Positions 22,060 to 34,309 of a DNA stretch of 64,000 bases are shown piece by piece. The stretch is from positions 248,001 through 312,000 of the forward strand of contig JBDOQK010000006.1 in assembly GCA_040437565.1 (NCBI GenBank). Direction: 5' to 3'. A program made the translations under genes and the position numbers. Source of the stretch: Albugo candida. Lineage: Eukaryota. Position 1 is the first letter of the stretch; each line of letters starts with the position of its first letter. The notes under the pieces were generated by a model. That model was not told where the DNA came from, made no database searches, and saw nothing but the letters and a program-made list of their open reading frames with translations.

Positions 22060-24854
22060 ATGGAATATATCTGGAGCCAAATGCATAATCTCCTTGCTAC
22101 TTCGAAAGAAAGCGAGAAAGAGCTGCTTGAAAGACGTGAGTATGAACATCACTCGGAACTGATGGCCAAAAGTCAGCGCAATATCATCTTGGAAGACTTG
22201 GAAAATTCGGTTTTATCTCTTGAACGCTTCGTTTCGAGACTAAAATCGCCACACAAACCTTCGGGACATGACTCTACACCCGCTATGATGGAAAGCGTCG
22301 ACGAGAAACAGAGCTTTCTGAATGATAACTGTAAACTTGTGTCGGCGCTGTGCACAAATATTGATCGTTGTGTATCCCACGGGCTCCGGCCAATACATTC
22401 AAAAGATGATCCGAGTACTGTTCAATTCTTTGGGCTTCTGAAATGGACATACACCCGAGTGGAAGCTCTTCGTCAACGTCAACTCGCTTATGAGATGCAA
22501 GCCGCATCCACATCGATGAAATATAAGTCGAACGCTTCGAATGTGTGTGAGGTCGTGACGCAAAGTATGGAAAACAAACAACCAAGACACATTCGAGGCT
22601 TCTTTGCAGCTATTCGCACGGCATCTAGTCTTTCCAATGTGCAATCGGATGAGGGTAAAACACGTGCGTTCATACGTCAAGCTCTCAATATGCATTTGCT
22701 GAAGGATTGCATGGAACTTGTGCTTGCTGATAACAATTTGGATCTCCTTGAATCGTATTACACCACTTCAGCACTGTTTCGACAGAGAGTAAGTTGGTTT
22801 ACCGCACCGATTTCCTTCAAATAAATTTTCACTGATAGAATGAGATCAAGATGTTCCGAAGCCTCCTCTCGAGTTTGGAGAAGCATTTTTTCACATTCAT
22901 GGTGGATGATCCACGACTTGATCTACCGCCAGATATTCTACCCTTTTCTAAGCCGTTGCCTCGCCCCCAAAGCAAGAAAATCCAAAGAAAAGGGCCGGCG
23001 CTGATTGAACCGGAAGATATGATCTCTGGGAATATTCGTCTCTGCGAGGAAGATACTGTGACCGCGCTTTTGACGGAAAAATTAATGTCATATCACGAGC
23101 TTTATGCGTCATTTGGAACGCAAAAAGGAGGAAATGTGCTGGCCAAAGTTTTGCAAAATGCGCAACAATCACAAAAAATCAGTGATGCGAGTACAGCTGT
23201 CCTTCGATTTTTTGAGCTTGGATATCCAGAATACCAAGTTTTTGGTACAGAGCTTGTAGATGTTGTGTGCAATCCATTCTTGAGTAGTATGGCACGCTTT
23301 GATACATCCATGGGCATTCCTGACGTTTTAGAAACGTGTTTCAGCTATCTGTATGAGCAGGTCGATACACCGGGTCTATTCCAGATTCACCTTGCTGCAG
23401 ATCATGTAATGGAGCTGAGAGATACTATCGAGGAAATCGGCGCTTATCACAACAAAATGATTGTCGATGTCCATGAAGCAACAGCCATTCTCTACCAGTA
23501 TCTGTGGGAAATTCCCGAGGCACTTTTTACCGAAGAGCGGAACGAGAACTTCTTAGCTTGCGTTCGTACAAATGATCCAGCTAGCGATCCACTCAAATAT
23601 GAAGAGCAAGTCCAGCTGCTCCAAGTTCTCGTCAACGATCTCCCATGGTATGTCAAGCCCTTGCTTGAAAGACTTTGCAATTTGATCGCACTGGCGCTAA
23701 AGCCTCAGCACGCACAGAAGAATGGGCTAACACCGTACGCGGTAGCCCATGCATTTGCGCCTATTTTATTTCGCGGACGCCAGCAAGATTCCTTTTGGGA
23801 GTATGAAGATGCCAACTCTCGGAGATACGCAATCGGCCACCAGATTCCTGTCAGCGTTCGTGCGCGTCTTCTCGATTTGGATGATCTAGATGATCACAGA
23901 TCAATTGATCAAATAGCCATGCAGACTCGCATGATTCGGCAAATCAAGCAGAATGCTGAAGATGGTGCAACAGTGCTCAGAATATTGTTCCAAGAAGAAA
24001 CTTCAATCTTGCAGGAATTCCGAGGAGAGTTACGAGTGAAGAGAAAATTGTTGCAGAAAAAAGTATCTACCATAGAACGTGTTAGATTCCAGCTGGAAGA
24101 AGAAATTGACGTTGGCAAGGAGGAGCATGCGAAACTCGTGAGAGAACTTTGGGAGCGTTTGTTGCGTAGGAATGGAGAAGAAGAGGAGTTTCATTGTATC
24201 GAAACACTTTTAGCATCGTCTCGATGGCAGCAGAGTGGCTTTCATACAAACAATCCGCTTGGAGGATTTCGTGGCGGTGGGTTACTGGGCTTGAAATGTC
24301 TCAATTACTTCATCGAGACGTACTCCGACAAAGCAAGAGAGATGATGGAGCGAAATGCCGCGCCTGGAGGAAACCGCTATCCTTTCCCTGTCGCCAGTAT
24401 CAATGTGTTGCGTATGATGATGAAGCTTTTGATGCTTGATGAGGCTCCAGATGTTTGCGGGAAGCTCGTGATGCATCATATTGATGATCCAAATGAACTT
24501 TCCCGTGTACAAATCAAGCCTTCCCCACCAATAATAAAACTTCGTGTAGCGGAAAGAGTTAGTCGAACCCCGATTTGGCGTGTTTTGGATGATCCTAATG
24601 CGCTACCAAAACTTTACTCCATGGCATTCATGTTATTGGATCTTCAGTGGGTCTCTTCTGGTGCAACTCAAATGGGTTTTCAGCCTGTTTTGGACGCCAC
24701 AAGACGCCAGATGGGATGGCTTCTAGAGCAAGGTCCTCAAAGCGTCGAAGAAATGTGGACGACATGGATTGGAATTCGTGGAGCACAAGCTTCAGAGAAC
24801 ACAGTAGTCAATCCTTCCAACCGGAATGGCAACACTGGTGAATGCATCGTCTAA
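22060..24854 (+). CDS. RUN + RhoGAP-like + ELMO/CED-12 domain protein, 2 exons (intron 22789-22838)
   Basis: RUN: LCTNIDRCVSHGL..FFGLL..EGKTRAFIRQALN..YYTTSALF. RhoGAP: VFGTEL..GIPDVLETCFSYL..PGLFQI..DVHEATAILYQYLWEIPEAL..NGLTPYAVAHAFAPIL. ELMO: WQQSGFHTNNPLGGFRGGGLLGL..YPFPVASINV. Confidence 0.88.
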
Positions 24855-24865
24855 AGGTCACTAAT

Positions 24866-26089
24866 TTAAAAATCGATTCTCTTCTCACACTTCTTATTCT
24901 GAGTCATCTCATTCATGTGATAAGCATTGTTCCACCAAAGATCTTGAGACAGCGTGGGGTCGAACATGTAAATGGAATCCCCAGCTTTCGTGATCCATCT
25001 CACGCGCCTTCTACCTGCAAATTTGCCACCATTGCGAGTCTTCCAGAAAAATGTGAGTGAATAAAGATTACATTTGGTCGGGATATGCATTTTGGCGTAT
25101 GCGTTGGCGCCTTCGAAATTACCGGGAGCGATCGGGTAGTCGGACCATTCGAATTTGGTCAGTGACACGTTGATATCGTATTCGCCGATTAGATGATTGC
25201 ATGTGTTGAGAAAAACAATTGGTCGATGCGATTGCGATGTTCCTTTTTTCCAGCTTTTATAGTGGATATCAGCCTTGTAGTGATGCATCATTGAGAACCA
25301 AGGATAAACGCTAGCTTTCTCTCCTCTTTCCCAGCATTGCGTCCCGGCATAATCGACTGAATAAATACTTTCATAGGGATACGAGCTTTTAGGATCTAGG
25401 TCGATATTTCTACATATAATCCATCACTCTGTGCATTCGGTATCGAAGTGTGACGCACCTATACTGTAAAGTTTTGATATCAGCCGTGCACTTCAATGTT
25501 GCACGCGTATACGTTCGCAGTAGTAAAGTTACGAGTTTATTTTCGGAAATGCGCTTGAGGTAATTATACGACGATTTGCTCCGGAAGACTATAAATAGTG
25601 TGCAGTGAAGTTGATCTGCATCCTGTTCTCTATCGAATTGAAAGAAAACTTTTACAAGCCCATTCTTGTTTCTCAGCTCGAATTCTGGCTGTCTGAATAT
25701 CGGTAAGCAACGGTGCAGCCACTGCAGCTCCGCATTTGAACATTCTTTCGTTACGCACATCTTCAAACAGTGCACGACTTCTTCAAGTATTCATAGACTT
25801 CTCTTAGCAAATGTTTGCATCGTTCCTGAAAAAAGCGAAAACATTCTATAGTGAATGACAACCCGAATCGCTTGACAAGTCATTGATCCGAATCGGTACT
25901 TATAGATGCAGCATGAGCAGGAGCACCCAACTTTTTAGACAAATTCGCAATCAAGTCAGTATACCATATGAGTCAGCACACTAATTTACAAAAGCAAAAG
26001 GTAAATAATTTGGAATTAGTTAGCGACTGCTCACAAATACCTTGCTTGTAGGACCCAAAAAAACCGAAAATCCAAATTCGCGTTATCAT
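24866..26089 (-). pseudogene. Orphan spliced gene, apparently disrupted in its 5' part
   Basis: ORFs 25410-25775 and 24866-25291 join in frame through a 49-nt GT-AG intron (25410-25458), giving about 290 open codons. There is an in-frame TGA at 25791-25793, and an upstream ATG (26089) with a canonical-looking intron (25981-26040) that does not splice in frame. Confidence 0.35.
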
Positions 26090-26664
26090 TTCGCAGGGCA
26101 TTGCTAGGGGCTCATTTAATATTTCCGTTCGATAATTCCTAATCCGCTTTAGAATCGCGGAATATGTGCTGTGTTTTTATGTGGTTTTGTTAGACGCTTT
26201 GATAGGCATGATCAAAAGCGAACGCTGTACGAATGATTCAGGAATTGACTTTAGGTCGCATCGTTATGATGATTGAGCAATGCAGTTATGATAAGGATCA
26301 TGAAAAAGACAGAAGTTAAACGCAGACAATTTATGTATGAGTACGCTGACCACTTAGAAGTTAGTTTATCATTGAGTTTCATGCCTGCTCCCAATTCGTT
26401 TGAATAAAGATCATTGCGTACGCAGCATTGTTATTAGTGCTCCCGTTTTAATAATCGATGCAGAGCACAACTTACAAGCATTCTTGGCACAGGATCAGTG
26501 AAATTGATGTGTTGAAGCTACTTCTGCTGCACACAACAGTAATTGCGAGGATTGCGCCACACAGTCTAGTGTCCTCAGGATGAGCTACAAAAAAAAGTCG
26601 TACGATCGGCGAAAAAAAAACGAAACAAATTTCAATTTTTTTAACTGTTCCAAACACCTTCTGT

Positions 26665-27498
26665 TTACTTTTTCTTTCGATCAGACACAATGATGGTGCG
26701 CTCATCAACATCAAACATATCCGGCAATACCTGCATGAGTTCGACTTGACATTCTCCTTGCAGTTGTATCTGTTGGACTCCAGAATCGCTCTTGATGATA
26801 GAAGCACTACAAGCAAATCGTTTTCCTAACTTTTTTGCGGCTTCCTTTATTGTCATTGGGTCTTCCAAATACTCTTCCAGTCCGCAAATTATAGTAACGT
26901 GCTTTCTGCCCTTACGAGAGCTTGTTGAAATGGTTATTGTTGATTTGGTTTGCTCACTTTTGCGGATAATTTTCTTTCTCGATTTCACTATTTTTGATGT
27001 TCCACTGATTTCCAGACTAATGTCTTTCACACCATCCGCAATTTGACGTTCTGCTTCCATCAAATCCTTCACAGTGCGACCATATTTCTGAAGATATAGC
27101 GTCGGGACCTCTGCAGCCAACCAAGCTTTACATTCGTCAAAACAAGGCCCATATTCACAGTACTCTGCAGGAAGCGAGTCTACTGGGCAATAAACAACTC
27201 GTCGAAGCTGATGAAGATCCTCTGTTTCTTCTACATTTTCCAGCGTATTGTCATCTTCTTCAATGGGGCTCATTGGTTCTTCGTCATTCGAATCATTGGA
27301 TTCATCATTGGAATCGCCAGGCTCTGGACCATATTTCCGTACCAATGCGTTAAATAGTTGATTTTCTTTCCCTTTATACTTTGATAAAACTACATCCACT
27401 TCTCTAATCTTCTCCGCATTGTATTTTTCGTAAAACGCAGTCAATCGTTCACGATTCCAAGAACTGATCTTGTCGTCCATTACGATATGTCGAGTCAT
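26665..27498 (-). CDS. DENR: Density-regulated protein DENR/Tma22 (SUI1 domain) with extra N-terminal module
   Basis: VVYCPVDSLPAEYCEYGPCFDECKAWL N-terminal DENR motif. C-terminal SUI1 domain RKGRKHVTIICGL..AAKKLGKRFACSAS..IQLQGE. Confidence 0.88.
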   Translation of the reverse strand: MTRHIVMDDKISSWNRERLTAFYEKYNAEKIREVDVVLSKYKGKENQLFNALVRKYGPEPGDSNDESNDSNDEEPMSPIEEDDNTLENVEETEDLHQLRRVVYCPVDSLPAEYCEYGPCFDECKAWLAAEVPTLYLQKYGRTVKDLMEAERQIADGVKDISLEISGTSKIVKSRKKIIRKSEQTKSTITISTSSRKGRKHVTIICGLEEYLEDPMTIKEAAKKLGKRFACSASIIKSDSGVQQIQLQGECQVELMQVLPDMFDVDERTIIVSDRKKK

Positions 27499-27651
27499 TT
27501 CAGTTAAGTTTCATGTGTATGTGTTAAGAGACAGCCGCATTTTTCGTGCATTAGAAAGCGCAATTCACGTAGACTGATCAAACAAAATATGCAAGTGTAG
27601 CTTTTTGATGTTTAAAAAGAAATCTAAACCGCTTAATTAAGCTTAGGCCTC

Positions 27652-28323
27652 TTAGACTGTCCATTTGTGTATTAACGCCGTCTCAACCTTGTGGAGTACG
27701 CTAGAAAGATACATTTTCAACTCCTTCAGCTCAGACAGGGTACAAGTTTCCAACTTGGTATGATCATCATCAACAATCTGAAGCTGATTGCGTAGCTCGA
27801 TTCTCATCAAACGAAAGTTGGTAATGTGCTTCGTCTGGCGCAAAAGCATCGGCTCCAGCAGCTTTTCCTCTGATTGCGCCGATGTTTGTACGCCCTTCTC
27901 CCACGTCATTTCACGTACTTTGCACTCGACAACGTCATTCGGTTGTCTGTAGAGCTTTACGAGATATCGAAGTCTTTCTGGAAAGGATTTGATCCTGTTC
28001 GATGAAACGTCGGCGAACGCGACTTTACGCAATGATGGCTCATTAACGAGAGTATACTTTTTCAAGTTCGTTCCCATCATGGATCGCATGCAATCTAAGC
28101 GATCGTGTTGCAACGCCAGGCTTGATGAAGGCGAACCATTCGCCACCTCCTGACATGTCTGTTTCGCGGTTTGTGTGCACTCGAGCAGACTAAGTATCAG
28201 CTGGTTTATCTTCGCACTATCACTGAGATGATTATGATAAGTAAGATTACATTCGTTTTTATATGCCTCATTTGCATCTGAATATGCATTTTCATCCACA
28301 AGAAACCATTCTTCAGCCATCAT
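27652..28323 (-). CDS. Hypothetical protein, 223 aa, helical or coiled-coil C-terminus
   Basis: Uninterrupted ATG-started ORF with protein-like composition; no family recognised. Confidence 0.6.
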   Translation of the reverse strand: MMAEEWFLVDENAYSDANEAYKNECNLTYHNHLSDSAKINQLILSLLECTQTAKQTCQEVANGSPSSSLALQHDRLDCMRSMMGTNLKKYTLVNEPSLRKVAFADVSSNRIKSFPERLRYLVKLYRQPNDVVECKVREMTWEKGVQTSAQSEEKLLEPMLLRQTKHITNFRLMRIELRNQLQIVDDDHTKLETCTLSELKELKMYLSSVLHKVETALIHKWTV

Positions 28324-29236
28324 TATTGACCACGATTCCAGAATGAGTTCTTCTTCCTGTGTCTACTATACCGTTGCATACGTCTATGGTATAGGCAATA
28401 TTACTAGCGCATGTACAGCGCACGCAAAACAGACTGTTTTGAATTACAATCTGCAATGTCGAGCATCGAGCATCTGCTCCACGTTTATGTACAGTAAAAC
28501 ACATGTCTAGACGAACGGATTCTTGGTTAAACGTACTGAATAGTTATGTAGGCAACGAATGGAACCGGTACCATCTATCCGCGGATGGTGCATCAGCTAT
28601 TTGCAGCATCTACTCGGCCAAGTTATCAAAACCGAAGAGGCTGATTTTTTAATTTCTTCTAATTTTCCGAATAAATTACATGATATGTCTCAATTCATAT
28701 TACCTCGACCCGATAGTCAACTAGACTGTTCGTATTACATTACGTTCCCGTGAAGTGTGCAGTTGTAAGCTGATTTGCATCAGATTCCGGTCTTCGGTTG
28801 TAGAGCTTTATTGGTCTGGAAAAAGTGCGGATGATGTCGAATGACCCAACCGTTTCGATATGCTGTCTTTTATTCATTGGAAAGAGATGGCTGTAGACCA
28901 CCTTTTGTAGCCGCAATTTCAGCGATGATCGCGTGCAGACATTTGAGCTCATTCGACCATTTGAGTGTATTTTCTACTCAAATTTTCAGCTTGATTTTGA
29001 TTTAAGCTCAGTTTTGGCTAAGATTCCTTTCTTGTCTCAAAGACATAGTTATACACATACTTGCTTTACTCGAATCTCGTACTTAACCGGCTTTCTTGCT
29101 TCGCTTTTGTCCTTACACACTCTAATCGACAAAGAATTGTTGCTTGTATTTTTATCAAAGTTCTATAAAGATGAAAATTTTACCTACGTCCGACATCAGC
29201 ACGGCTATAATACCAGGAAAGCTGTGTTGGTATAGC

Positions 29237-30144
29237 AGATTAGGGACGTATATTTGTAGGCAGCCAAAAAAAATCCATCAGGTTTAGCATAGCGAACGTC
29301 ATCTACTCGATGCGTAATCAATGCAGCGGACGTTTGAAAGCGAATGTGAGGTTTTATAAGGAAATAGAGTTTATCTGCTTTCATACTAAAAGTGGTAACA
29401 AGTGGATTACAAGGCTACCAGGCAAAAAAATTACTTCTGTGAATTACGACGTATACAAATAAGTTCAGCTTAATAGTTTCTGCAGGTTGTTGAGATGAGA
29501 TCGTAAAAAACGCTACTTCTCGGATCGAATTAGAACCAACATCTCTAAATAGCGATTACGAAGACGAGCGCGATTTATAGCCTGTGTGAAGGCCACCTGA
29601 TCAATTCATGCTATCGGAAACGTTGCGGGCAAGTGACTCTNNNNNNNNNNNNNNNNNNNNNNNNNNNNNNNNNNNNNNNNNNNNNNNNNNNNNNNNNNNN
29701 NNNNNNNNNNNNNNNNNNNNNNNNNNNNNNNNNNNNNNNNAGATTAGGGACGTATATTTGTAGGCAGCCAAAAAAAATCCATCAGGTTTAGCATAGCGAA
29801 CGTCATCTACTCGATGCGTAATCAATGCAGCGGACGTTTGAAAGCGAATGTGAGGTTTTATAAGGAAATAGAGTTTATCTGCTTTCATACTAAAAGTGGT
29901 AACAAGTGGATTACAAGGCTACCAGGCAAAAAAATTACTTCTGTGAATTACGACGTATACAAATAAGTTCAGCTTAATAGTTTCTGCAGGTTGTTGAGAT
30001 GAGATCGTAAAAAACGCTACTTCTCGGATCGAATTAGAACCAACATCTCTAAATAGCGATTACGAAGACGAGCGCGATTTATAGCCTGTGTGAAGGCCAC
30101 CTGATCAATTCATGCTATCGGAAACGTTGCGGGCAAGTGACTCT
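29237..30144. repeat. Gap-flanking duplication 29237-29640 = 29741-30144
   Basis: 404 bp repeated either side of a 100-N gap. Confidence 0.95.
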
Positions 30145-31362
30145 ATCAAAGTGCGGAAAGAGTCAATACTTTTCGATTCACAAAATCCTCTCAAGATTGT
30201 TTCGGAATCTAAAAGCACAGTTCTCACGACTAAAGCAATTGCATCATTCAAACCAGCTGATGATTTAGTTGTGGTCAAGACCGCGTTTGAGGGGCAAATA
30301 AAGCCAATAGAAACGGTGGCTGACACGCAAGCATCAGTAATGGAACAGACGACACAATCTCCTACAATTTGCAGTACAGTTCGTGATCAGATCACGAATG
30401 CGAGCTCCTGCGGCTTTGCAACACATTGCGGTCAACGATACACTCAAGAAGTATTTTGCAGACACATGTATTTTGCTTACACAATTAACGTAGGACTTTA
30501 TTCTAGGACACTTACTTTGTCGGACAAGTTTGCTACCAACGAAGTACTTTGAATGGCGTCTTTCGAACAGATTTTCCGGGCTGTTTTGGGGTATTTGATG
30601 GACATGGAGGAACACGTGCTTCCAATTTCTGCGCAAATTTCGCTTTCCGGAAATTTGGGCGGAAAGTGAAGGAAAGTGGCGCATCTGTCGAAGAAGTATT
30701 ATACGACGCGATATATGCTTTAGACGATGACTTTTGTGCAATAACACGACGATCACAAGCACAACGACAAGGAAGAGTCAAAGAGGAAGGCAGTACATGT
30801 CTACTGGCTGTTATACGCGACAACATCGTTCATATTGCCAATGTTGGGGACTCCCGCGCGATCATTTGCACACATAAAGGCAAATACATCTCACTTTCGC
30901 GAGGTAAGGTATTCCCAGTGTCGTATTTAATTGCTTATCGCGGTTATAGATCACAAGCCTCAGAATGGCGAAGAACGCGTTAAAATTGAAGCTCGTGGAG
31001 GGACTGTCACGGGATATCCTTCTTGTTTCTATTCCATCTGGCCTATCAATAAGCTTATCGACGTACCAAGAGTAAATGGTCTCCTGTCAATGTCACGTTC
31101 TATTGGCGATGTTGGTCTCAAGCCGTGGATTACATGTGAACCGGACATCACTACACATGTACTTAGTGCCAAAACGGACAAATTTTTGATTCTTGCAACG
31201 GATGGCTTATGGGATGTACTTTCAAGTCGAAAAGTTGCCAATATCGCGTATTGTTATGACGATCCGCAAGACGTTGCTGACGCACTCATTCTAGAAGCGC
31301 TGAGGAGAAAAACACACGACAACGTCACCGTTCTCGTTGTTGATCTGGCTTCCTTCTTCTGA
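30112..31362 (+). CDS. PP2C/PPM protein phosphatase, 3 exons
   Basis: GQRYTQE|DTY, FGVFDGHGG, EGSTC, ANVGDSRA, DHKP, LSMSRSIGD, ILATDGLWDV, HDNVTV. Confidence 0.93.
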
Positions 31363-31455
31363 GCTAGCAGTGAAGCTACAAACCAAGTGTATTTCCATTA
31401 TAAATGTACATAAATAATACCAGCATGGATTTTGGCTTTTTGGCATCCATTTTTT

Positions 31456-34243
31456 TTAGCCATTTGCCAAACGCTCGGCACAGTCTTGGAGCACGTGATG
31501 TACTTTGTCTGGAAAGTGATCGTCCAGCATGGTTCGAGCGATTCGAATACTTTGAAACTTTTGGCGCTCCGACCAGCCAAAGCTGTAATCTGTACGCTCC
31601 GTGCAGCAGATTCCATTGCTTCCTGGCCGACAACAGACCCAGAAACCGCCCAGTTCTCTTGCTGTGATGCTTCTTTTGAGATGAATGAGACGACCAGGTA
31701 GAGTCAGATCATGAATGGGTTCCGCGTCCTGAATTCGGCGAAGCATTGTGCGGTAATTGGCAAGTTCTTGGGCGGTTTGACAAGCCTTCCGATTTGGTTC
31801 TTCCGACGCAAATAACAAATCTTGGGGCTTTTTCCATCGTAATGCTTGCTTGAGAATGTCAGATTTGCTCACTTTACTCCGTTCAATCAAATCGATCACT
31901 TTGTCGCGTAATTCTTCGGCCGAGCAGATGGACGCGCGTGCTACAATGTCGTTTCCAAGGACGACTGAAGTCACAAACTCCCCACATTTACTGGCAAGAT
32001 TTGGCGATACGACACAGCCAGGTGGGCTGAATGCAAAGCAATGAATATTCGGATACTTTGGGCGTAGCATGTTTGCTAATAAGACAGCGATTCCGGCACC
32101 AAGAGAATGTCCTGTCAGAACGAGACGATAGTGCTTGTACGATCCCATCTCGCACACATTGAGCTGATCATAGGCGATGAATGCATCTGACTCGGGGTTG
32201 TAAAGCATCTCCAGGACACCAAGTAATTCCAGGTTCAGGTAGAGGGCTTGAGCGGCATGGAGAAATCCTTGATGAGCAAATTCTCCAATACCATCGCATC
32301 CCCACCGCTTAGAGGTATCATCCATGGACATTCCATACGCAATTGCGTCTNNNNNNNNNNNNNNNNNNNNNNNNNNNNNNNNNNNNNNNNNNNNNNNNNN
32401 NNNNNNNNNNNNNNNNNNNNNNNNNNNNNNNNNNNNNNNNNNNNNNNNNNAGAACGAGACGATAGTGCTTGTACGATCCCATCTCGCACACATTGAGCTG
32501 ATCATAGGCGATGAATGCATCTGACTCGGGGTTGTAAAGCATCTCCAGGACACCAAGTAATTCCAGGTTCAGGTAGAGGGCTTGAGCGGCATGGAGAAAT
32601 CCTTGATGAGCAAATTCTCCAATACCATCGCATCCCCACCGCTTAGAGGTATCATCCATGGACATTCCATACGCAATTGCGTCTGTAAGACAATCCTCTA
32701 ATGACAATGTACCTCTTATGGTCAATATAACTTCCTCTTTGACATGGTCCAATATGATTGCGAATGCGGGATGATAGACAGAATTGTAGAAGGAAGCGTA
32801 CACAATATCACCTGAAGACACTCCTGTGACTAGCTGCAACGTGGCTTGGTGTAGATGCACCCAATTATCACCATGAATATATTGCCGAGGCCGCTTCCAG
32901 CATGAAAACGCTAATCGGAAAATACCTCTCCATGGATGAGACCAAACATAAAGCATCCAGCCGTATATTCCAATCGCGTACTTGGAGTGATACGCAAGAT
33001 TTCTCACTGTATCTCGAAGAAAAGGATCGTCTTCATTTAGCTCCGCTTGAAGCGCAGAAGCAGTAGTAATTCGTTCAGCTTGATTAGATTCGAGGTCTGG
33101 AGGCATTGGGGTATTCGGAGCAGCTAGATTAGAACCGATAGCTTGTGCATCATCTACCCAGTGTGTGCTAGTGTTTCCTGTACTAAATTCTTCCAAACGC
33201 TTTTGTGCAGCTTCTATCTTTCCTTCTCCCTTCACTTGAGCTCGATGAAGCAACCCAGGAAAGTCGTGCTCTAGCTGCATAGACTCCTCGTGAGCTTGAA
33301 CAGCTGCAAGTAAAATGTATCCTGCGACAATATCCGATATGACCAAGTCTGGGCTTCCGTAAAACAATCGCGCAAAAACAGTTGCCACAGCCGACATGGA
33401 GTCGTGCTGGGTGCCAGCACCTCCAAACAAATTGCAAGTGAGACAACGGAAGCACTGACAGCACGCGTGACATCGTCGCTCCCAATGCTCGCGTTGAGGA
33501 ATGTAAACATCCGAATTCGGTAATTCATCGGCATCTATGAGGAAAGAAGTGGCACACACACAGACAAAATATGAGATTTCGCTGCTTTAATGATATCAGA
33601 ATTTCGAAATTGATTGCCAAATGAATTGGAAACCATTCAAAAGGACGTTTTGTTCACAATCACTTGCACGAGGAAAAGCATCTGAATCCAATACATCCGA
33701 AGGCCGCACTCCGGTTAGCATACAGCACCCAAATGAAAAAGAGCAAAAGACTTGGAGTATCATTGCGATCGATATAAACTGTAAAACAGAATTGAAGATG
33801 TGCGTCTAAAGAGATAAAAGCATTCGTACCAAAACGCATTCTGCGTGAGAATACCCGCATTTTGAGGTGCGTTGGAAATAGAGATGAAGTCCCAAAAGGC
33901 CGAGGGAAAACATGAGTACTGACCAAATTATATGCACTTGCAGTACTTTTGGCATTAGAATACGTTTCTCTGAGTCAATAATTGTCCCTTTGGAGGCGAT
34001 ATGAGCGATAATCGTACATACACATATCATAAATGCATGAGAAAGCAGACTCAAAACACCAAACCAAAAGAAATTGTCGGCGAACGGAAAGCGCATATGT
34101 TTAGGACACGAATGCAGAAAGAATGTATAGATGAAACTGATACACAGCCATGGAAGTTGATACAATAGCTGTAGCAGCGAAGGATAATAGAAATCATCGC
34201 TTCCAACTCGACTGCGGCGACCACAGATGACGAGCGCAGGCAT
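31456..34243 (-). CDS. DAGL: Diacylglycerol lipase (DAGL-like, class-3 lipase with N-terminal TM helices), spliced
   Basis: MPALVICGRRSRVGSDD N-terminus, hydrophobic helices, DLVISDIVAGYILL, IRGTLSLEDCLTD, AHQGF, LTGHSLGAG, FAFSPPG, NDIVAR, MLDDHFP. Confidence 0.9.
32117..32684. repeat. Gap-flanking duplication 32117-32350 = 32451-32684
   Basis: 234 bp repeated either side of a 100-N gap. Confidence 0.95.
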
Positions 34244-34309
34244 TTTACCACACCAATTACAATAAGGATGAGCCTTATAACATGTAGAAACACTATTTCG
34301 GGAATCGAA

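Noticed and set aside
5957-27498. Ribosome-quality-control cluster (ZNF598-like domain, TRIP4-like, DENR, RBM19)
   Set aside because: Genes are interspersed with unrelated ones over 21 kb and two of the assignments are tentative; no evidence beyond chance
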